Origin: Candidatus Nanohaloarchaea archaeon
GTDB taxonomy: Archaea > Nanohalarchaeota > Nanosalinia > Nanosalinales > Nanosalinaceae
NCBI GenBank assembly: GCA_013343275.1
Contig: CP046106.1
Location: 256,001 to 320,000, forward strand
DNA: 64,000 nucleotides
Reading direction: 5' to 3'
Under the pieces are notes generated by a model, which ran no database searches, was not told the DNA's origin, and saw nothing but the letters and a program-made list of their open reading frames with translations. The position numbers and the translations under genes were made by a program. How positions within the stretch are numbered: position 1 is the stretch's first letter; every line of letters starts with the position of its first letter. Shown here piece by piece: positions 59,106 to 64,000 of the stretch.

Positions 59106-59687
59106 GTGTTCTTAGTGTCAGAAGATGATTTTGATTACGAAGCTCATGAAAGACTTCGTGAAAGAGTTGCGAATAAAGCTGATAGTGCACTATGGGCTTA
59201 CAAATCACATTACGAAGCAGCTGATTGGTACAGCAGTTTTAGTAAGAAAATTAGCTGGATTACTACAGCTACAGCTGGAATACTAACTGTATCTCTTATT
59301 TGGAGGGTTCTTCCAGACTATGCGCTAGTGCTCTTAGCTATTGCAACAGCTGCACTATCAGGCTACAAAACAGCAGCAAAACCTGAGAAAAAATCCTACG
59401 AACACTACAATGCTGGAGATGCCTATCATCGGCTCTTTATTGACTTCAATGATTTCACCAAATTACAATTAGCAGATGAAAGTTATGGCCTCGAGAACAT
59501 GAAAGAGAGATTTTGGGAATTATCTGATCGCCATCAGAACCTAAACGAAGAAATGCCGAATATTGCAAGCAAATGGTACGAAAGACTTCATGAAGAAGAG
59601 ATAAGATCACAGACACAAACAACTGAAGAAACTAAAAAAGCTTTAACAGGCTGTGCTCGGCTGAAAAATACTGAGGATCAAAAGTGA
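59106..59687 (+). CDS. SLATT-domain 2-TM effector
   Basis: YKSHYEAA..Y, two TMs, P.....EH..AG..Y; directly after the CD-NTase; likely start GTG at 59115. Confidence 0.85.
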   Translation: MFLVSEDDFDYEAHERLRERVANKADSALWAYKSHYEAADWYSSFSKKISWITTATAGILTVSLIWRVLPDYALVLLAIATAALSGYKTAAKPEKKSYEHYNAGDAYHRLFIDFNDFTKLQLADESYGLENMKERFWELSDRHQNLNEEMPNIASKWYERLHEEEIRSQTQTTEETKKALTGCARLKNTEDQK

Positions 59688-59852
59688 ATAAAGCAGCGAG
59701 AGTTGAAACCAGAGTAACCACAATTAAGTCGCTTATGCCAGATAAGCTCCTGGAAAGATATTTAAGGAAAAGGCCTGCGGTCTGGGGTAAAAATAGTAGT
59801 TTTTGTTGAGCAATTTTCCACAGATAAAAATCTCTCTTTCCATAATTCAAGC

Positions 59853-60416
59853 ATGATTCCTTTTGAGGAGGAGGCCTCTCTTAATGAGACTGAGGAGTAT
59901 GTGGAGAGGCTTCTTCAGGCCCGGTGGGATAATGTGGTTCGTTCGACTCCTGGTGTGAAGAGTGATTTAGAGGGCCGTTTTCCGGAGCTGTCGGAGACTA
60001 TCAGCAGAAGGATCAGGGAGGATTCGGGTGGCGAGTTTTCGAATGTTTTCCGGCCTGGTGTGCCTGATTTCCTGGTTTTTGATGACAGCGGAGAGTATCT
60101 CTTTGTCGAGGTTAAGTCGAGCGATGACGGCCTGAGGAGTACGCAGTTGCGCTGGCTGCGGGATTTCCAGGGTGTTAACATGGAGATCTGGTTCGCTGAC
60201 AGCAAAGATATCGAGAAGCTGGATGCGGATGATTTCGGTTCCTACGGTTTCAGCGATGTAAAGAAGAATAATTCAAGCTACGAGTTAGAGGAGAGAAACA
60301 GTAATCTGTGGGCCCAGATTCCTGATGAGCTAGCCGCAATACTCGGCCTCGATGAAGAGAGCAGTGTTGAGTGGCGTTTGAAGAGCGGTGATGAGTTGAT
60401 ACTGGATAACAGGTAA
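59853..60416 (+). CDS. VRR-NUC domain nuclease with AbrB-like tail
   Basis: PGVPDFL, FVEVKS..D.L...Q..W. Confidence 0.85.
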   Translation: MIPFEEEASLNETEEYVERLLQARWDNVVRSTPGVKSDLEGRFPELSETISRRIREDSGGEFSNVFRPGVPDFLVFDDSGEYLFVEVKSSDDGLRSTQLRWLRDFQGVNMEIWFADSKDIEKLDADDFGSYGFSDVKKNNSSYELEERNSNLWAQIPDELAAILGLDEESSVEWRLKSGDELILDNR

Positions 60417-60419
60417 ATT

Positions 60420-61094
60420 CTAGAACTCTCTTTCTACGTCGACGTGCTGGAATCCGTTTTCCTCCAGTCTCTGCTCTACTTCCTGTGCCAGGGCCTCTGG
60501 TTCTTCTGCGTCGTCGTTGATGTAGACTGCTGTGGTGTATGAGAAAGGTACTTCTCCAGGTATGTCGCTGTCGTGCCGTGAGTTCTCAGGTACGAGCAGT
60601 TCGAATGTTACGTCGGAGCCGAAGTTGGACTGGCTCTTGGTGAAATGTCTGTCGCTGCCGACATGTACGCTGTTGGTTCTTCTGGCGCCCATAGTGGATT
60701 TCCGGACATCGAGGTCTGCAAGGCCGTAGTCCTGGAGGAATCCTCCGATCTCTTCTGCACCTTTCTCTTCAAGGCCTTCCTGTACTGCGTCAGGGCCGTG
60801 CTCTCTGAGCTCGTCCTCGTTCTCTATTATGTACTCTCCGAGATTGATCTTCCCTTCGTCTACAGCTTCGATGTCCCGTAATGCGTATGTCTTGAGTTCG
60901 TCGAGGAGGTCGTCCTCCATAGGGTTGTAGGCCTCTTCCTCCATGATGCCGAGTGCGCTGTCTGCTGTTGTCGAGTGGTAGACTTTCTCGTTGCCGAATT
61001 CGTTGTATTCGCTGTCAGGCCAGTGCACTGCCTCACGGCTCAGATCTGCAAGTCTATCGGATGAATGCAGGTTTGGGTCGGGTTCGAAGCTCAT
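60420..61094 (-). CDS. hypothetical protein, ADP-ribosyltransferase-like motifs
   Basis: VYHSTT....GI, VHVG, VTFEL, GEVP. Confidence 0.5.
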   Translation of the reverse strand: MSFEPDPNLHSSDRLADLSREAVHWPDSEYNEFGNEKVYHSTTADSALGIMEEEAYNPMEDDLLDELKTYALRDIEAVDEGKINLGEYIIENEDELREHGPDAVQEGLEEKGAEEIGGFLQDYGLADLDVRKSTMGARRTNSVHVGSDRHFTKSQSNFGSDVTFELLVPENSRHDSDIPGEVPFSYTTAVYINDDAEEPEALAQEVEQRLEENGFQHVDVEREF

Positions 61095-61108
61095 AGTTCA
61101 TCACTCTC

Positions 61109-61996
61109 CTAGATCGGTTGCTGTAGGCCTTCTATCTCATCGCCTTCGTATGATCCTCCTACTACGTCTCCTTCTTTGCCTATCAGGCCGTTGCTGGAGA
61201 CCGTGTAGCTTCCTCCGGTTTCCTGGACTACTTCTGCGTCGGGGCCGAAGCTTCCGTAACGGAAATGTATTCTGCTGTCGCCGTACTGTTTTTCCTCTCC
61301 GTTGTGGCCGTCAAGGGAAGGCCCTCCGTTAAGTTCGACGTCTGAAGCTCTCAGAAGCCCCTCCAGGTCTGATACTACTTCTGATGCGTTTTCGAGGTTG
61401 GCGTGGATTGAGGCTGTGTTGAAGTTTTCTGCTCCGGCTCTGAACTGCTGTCGGCCGTGCTGCATGATGTTGTCTTTCTTGTAGTCGTCGACTTCCGGGT
61501 AGATGGTAATGAATTTTCCTTCCTGGCCGTCGCTCATTCCGGAGAGTTTCTCTGCGTCCTCAACTACTTTGTGGGCTACTCCTTCGTCCTGTAGGTAAGG
61601 TAGAACTGTTTCGGCTACGTCTCTTGCCTCTTCGGGATCTGCTGATACTCTTAGCTTCCAGCCCTGGTGTGGCAGATCGTTCTGGTGTACTGTTTTGTGG
61701 TCCTGGAAGACTCTGTCGGCGAAGTATTCCTCGTCTCCGGTCGTCAGGTCGTACCATTCCTGGTCTACGAGGTCTCTCATCCAGTGGTTTCCTTCCCTGT
61801 CCTCTACTCTTGGTACAGGTCTTCCTCCAGGCATGTCGCTTGGATAGACGCCTTCCTCTTTCATCATATCTATTTCCTGCTGTACTCTCTGCTCTATTTC
61901 GTCTCCGGAGTATTTTGTGCCTGATCCGGCGCTTACGAATACTTCGTCGCCGTCCAGGTTTTCCACCAGATCCTGCCAGTCATCAATCATACTCAT
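61109..61996 (-). CDS. stand-alone LanKC-N/OspF-like phosphoSer/Thr lyase domain protein
   Basis: QGWKLRVSA, HKVV, QEGKFITIYP, FRYGSF. Confidence 0.75.
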   Translation of the reverse strand: MSMIDDWQDLVENLDGDEVFVSAGSGTKYSGDEIEQRVQQEIDMMKEEGVYPSDMPGGRPVPRVEDREGNHWMRDLVDQEWYDLTTGDEEYFADRVFQDHKTVHQNDLPHQGWKLRVSADPEEARDVAETVLPYLQDEGVAHKVVEDAEKLSGMSDGQEGKFITIYPEVDDYKKDNIMQHGRQQFRAGAENFNTASIHANLENASEVVSDLEGLLRASDVELNGGPSLDGHNGEEKQYGDSRIHFRYGSFGPDAEVVQETGGSYTVSSNGLIGKEGDVVGGSYEGDEIEGLQQPI

Positions 61997-62048
61997 TATA
62001 TACCACTCCAACCTTTTATTCTTTTTGTTATCTACCAGTAACAAACAA

Positions 62049-62239
62049 TAGAGTGTCTGGTTTCAAAACCCATAGCGTGTTAACTGTTCGCCACTCATTA
62101 ACCACTGGCCCGGTAAATCTGGGCCACCAACCAATAGTCCTGCTGTTCATGCAGGGCGGGTCGGGCTTGGAAGACTCCCTGTTACAGGGTTTGAACAGTC
62201 ATTTTCTTGACTGTGACTCGCTCTTCGGCCCACCCTCTA
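62049..62239 (+). ncRNA. candidate structured RNA of unknown family
   Basis: At least seven stems in 190 nt of intergenic DNA; G-U pairs favour the + strand. Confidence 0.5.
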
Positions 62240-62281
62240 CTTTTCTACACTTGAGAAAGCCAGTGAAGAAGAAAAAAGGAT

Positions 62282-63013
62282 TTAACGTGCTGCTCTCCCG
62301 GAACTCGCTCTCTCATCTCCTATCTTTCCTGCTGAATGATGCCTTTCTGCAGCTTCAAAGAAGTTCTCGAAGATCTTCAGAACCCTCTTTGCTCTATGGA
62401 AGTTAGCATCGTTAACCTCTCTCATCAACCGCTTTTTCTTCTCCTCGGGCATGTCCTTCGTCCTGATCGCTTTCTCCTTTATCGGCGGCGTCAGCTCAGG
62501 ATGGAACTGTACCCCGTAGACCGGTTTCTCAGTGTGTCGAATTCCCTGATTACATACTTCTGTCTCGGCTATTGACTCCAGCTCTTCCGGCATGTTGACG
62601 ACTTTGTCCTGGTGAGTGTTGAACGGGTACTCCACAGAGTCAAGGCCCTCGAAGATCTCGCTGTCCTCGAACTCTACAGGCCTGTAACCTACCTCGTAGT
62701 TATCCATCTGCACCACGTCAGCACCCATTGCTTTCGCTATTATCTGGTGTCCAAAGCAGAGGCCTAGCACCGGCACATCGTTCTCTATGTACTCCTCTGT
62801 CTTCCGTACAAGTTCGTCTATCCATTCTTCATCCTCGTAGATCCCGGAGGTTGAGCCAGAGATAACCACTACTTCCGGATCCGCTGGGAACTCATGTTTC
62901 ATGGCCTTGTACTTCTTGATATCGTCGCCGAGAAGTTCGTTGAACCGGTTGCTGTATCTGGGCCATTCCAGGGTCGCATCTATAACTGCAACTTCCCTAT
63001 TGGATTCAAACAC
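62282..63013 (-). CDS. type 1 glutamine amidotransferase (GMP-synthase-like)
   Basis: ISGS, LGLCFGHQ, HQDKV, GVQFHPE; start placed at GTG 63013. Confidence 0.9.
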   Translation of the reverse strand: MFESNREVAVIDATLEWPRYSNRFNELLGDDIKKYKAMKHEFPADPEVVVISGSTSGIYEDEEWIDELVRKTEEYIENDVPVLGLCFGHQIIAKAMGADVVQMDNYEVGYRPVEFEDSEIFEGLDSVEYPFNTHQDKVVNMPEELESIAETEVCNQGIRHTEKPVYGVQFHPELTPPIKEKAIRTKDMPEEKKKRLMREVNDANFHRAKRVLKIFENFFEAAERHHSAGKIGDERASSGRAAR

Positions 63014-63280
63014 GAGAGAACACCGGAGAGCTGAAATGTTGAGAGGTTTTAGAAACTTTAGAACTGGTACTGTCAGGACTACTTGAATCTGTGTACCAGA
63101 ACGCATCCACCCTGTGCTACAGGATCACAACTGTATTTCATCTGTACCTCAAAATAAGGTGAAAATGCTTTAAGACTTTAATGGAGAGGGCTTCATACGT
63201 CATCTAGGCTTACTGTGTCGAGCTCTCCATTCTTCGCCTTCCGAGCCTTCGAAGCCACCTGGTTCTTCATAGACTTAATA

Positions 63281-63355
63281 TGCGGCCATCGGGATTTGAA
63301 CCCGAGTCTCGAGCTCGAGAAGCTCGAATGATTGGCCAGACTACACTATGGCCGC
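63281..63355 (-). tRNA. tRNA-Glu(CTC)
   Basis: GCGGCCA/TGGCCGC acceptor stem, CGAGC-TTCTCGA-GCTCG anticodon arm, GGTTCAAATCC. Confidence 0.96.
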
Positions 63356-63396
63356 ATGTGTAGAGAAATGTTTGTAGGGTAATTTTCAAATACTGT

Positions 63397-63579
63397 TCAG
63401 TTTCTTCTCTTCTTCATTGCGTAGTTGATGATGGCATAGAGAACTATTACCCCGAAGGCAGTTTTGACTGCGCTGAAACCGTAAATTTTCTGTACCAGCG
63501 GCGGTACCACGAGAAGTCCTGCGAGTACTGCTGCGATCCCGAGCACTGTCAGGGCCTTTTCTCTGTCTAACTCCTGCAT
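63397..63579 (-). CDS. small 2-TM membrane protein
   Basis: Two hydrophobic helices and a basic tail. Confidence 0.65.
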   Translation of the reverse strand: MQELDREKALTVLGIAAVLAGLLVVPPLVQKIYGFSAVKTAFGVIVLYAIINYAMKKRRN

Positions 63580-63677
63580 GTAGAACTTTTGGCCAGATGA
63601 GAGTTAAAAACACAGCACCAGACAGTAACAGTTTTTGTTACCGAATCGTTAAAAAATTGGTATGTGGCTGAGTGTAT

Positions 63678-64000
63678 ATGTTGACGGAAGCTGAAAGAGC
63701 AAAGTACGAGGAGCTCGAGGAAGGAAAATGGACCATGTCCGGCTACGGTCCAGGATCCGACCAAGTAGAGAGACTGACAGATCTACGGACAAAGATGTGG
63801 AAAGACCTGAGCATGGAAGAACTATTCCAGGAAGGAGACGTGGAAGTCGGAAAGTTCAACCGAAAAGATACTTACGCAGATGCAGGATATCAGGGCCACT
63901 TCAACGTAGAAATCAACCAGAACAACTGGGAGCAGTCCATGACATACAGACCTTCATTCAACCTCGACTACGAAGAACAGGTGCTCGAACTCGAAGCCAG
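63678..64000 (+). CDS. partial hypothetical protein (5' end)
   Basis: MLTEAERAKYEELEEG... is open to the window end; acidic. Confidence 0.65.
   Translation, partial: MLTEAERAKYEELEEGKWTMSGYGPGSDQVERLTDLRTKMWKDLSMEELFQEGDVEVGKFNRKDTYADAGYQGHFNVEINQNNWEQSMTYRPSFNLDYEEQVLELEA

Larger units (their letters stand above)
55212..59711. repeat. 13-bp inverted repeat pair bracketing the regulator and CBASS block
   Basis: TGGTTTCAACTCT (55212-55224) and AGAGTTGAAACCA (59699-59711). Confidence 0.6.

Noticed and set aside
43226-63281. Integrated provirus between tRNA-Leu and tRNA-Glu
   Set aside because: No integrase, no duplicated tRNA 3' end that I could find, no virion genes; many housekeeping genes inside

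Overview
Archaeal chromosomal window. The strongly acidic proteome, compact gene packing, moderate GC, PINA ATPase and intron-containing tRNA-Trp point to an extreme halophile, most likely a Nanohaloarchaeota/DPANN lineage (inference). Housekeeping content: class II RNR with nrdR and two NrdR boxes, AlkA, endonuclease IV, MMPL and ABC transporters with COG1361 partners, a large thiol-redox and stress cluster, SOD, glmS, a GH15-SDR fusion and three tRNAs (Trp with a 158-nt C/D-guide intron, Leu-TAG, Glu-CTC). Accessory content: (i) a secreted 197-aa patchwork protein built from short motifs of unrelated families, including three out-of-order fragments of bacterial HU; (ii) an AT-rich two-gene candidate defence module at 4.7-6.1 kb; (iii) a defence island at 51-60 kb holding a three-reader McrB/McrC pair, MazG, and a block bracketed by 13-bp inverted repeats. 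That block contains a divergent degenerate-ATPase/wHTH gene and a PIP-box gene facing a TGT-like/CD-NTase/SLATT operon, which looks like a reduced, QueC-less type IV-like CBASS; (iv) an ART-like gene next to a stand-alone lanthipeptide-type phospholyase gene; (v) several unexplained structured intergenic RNA candidates; (vi) strong over-representation of the palindrome AGGCCT. All family calls come from motif recognition by eye; no searches were run.
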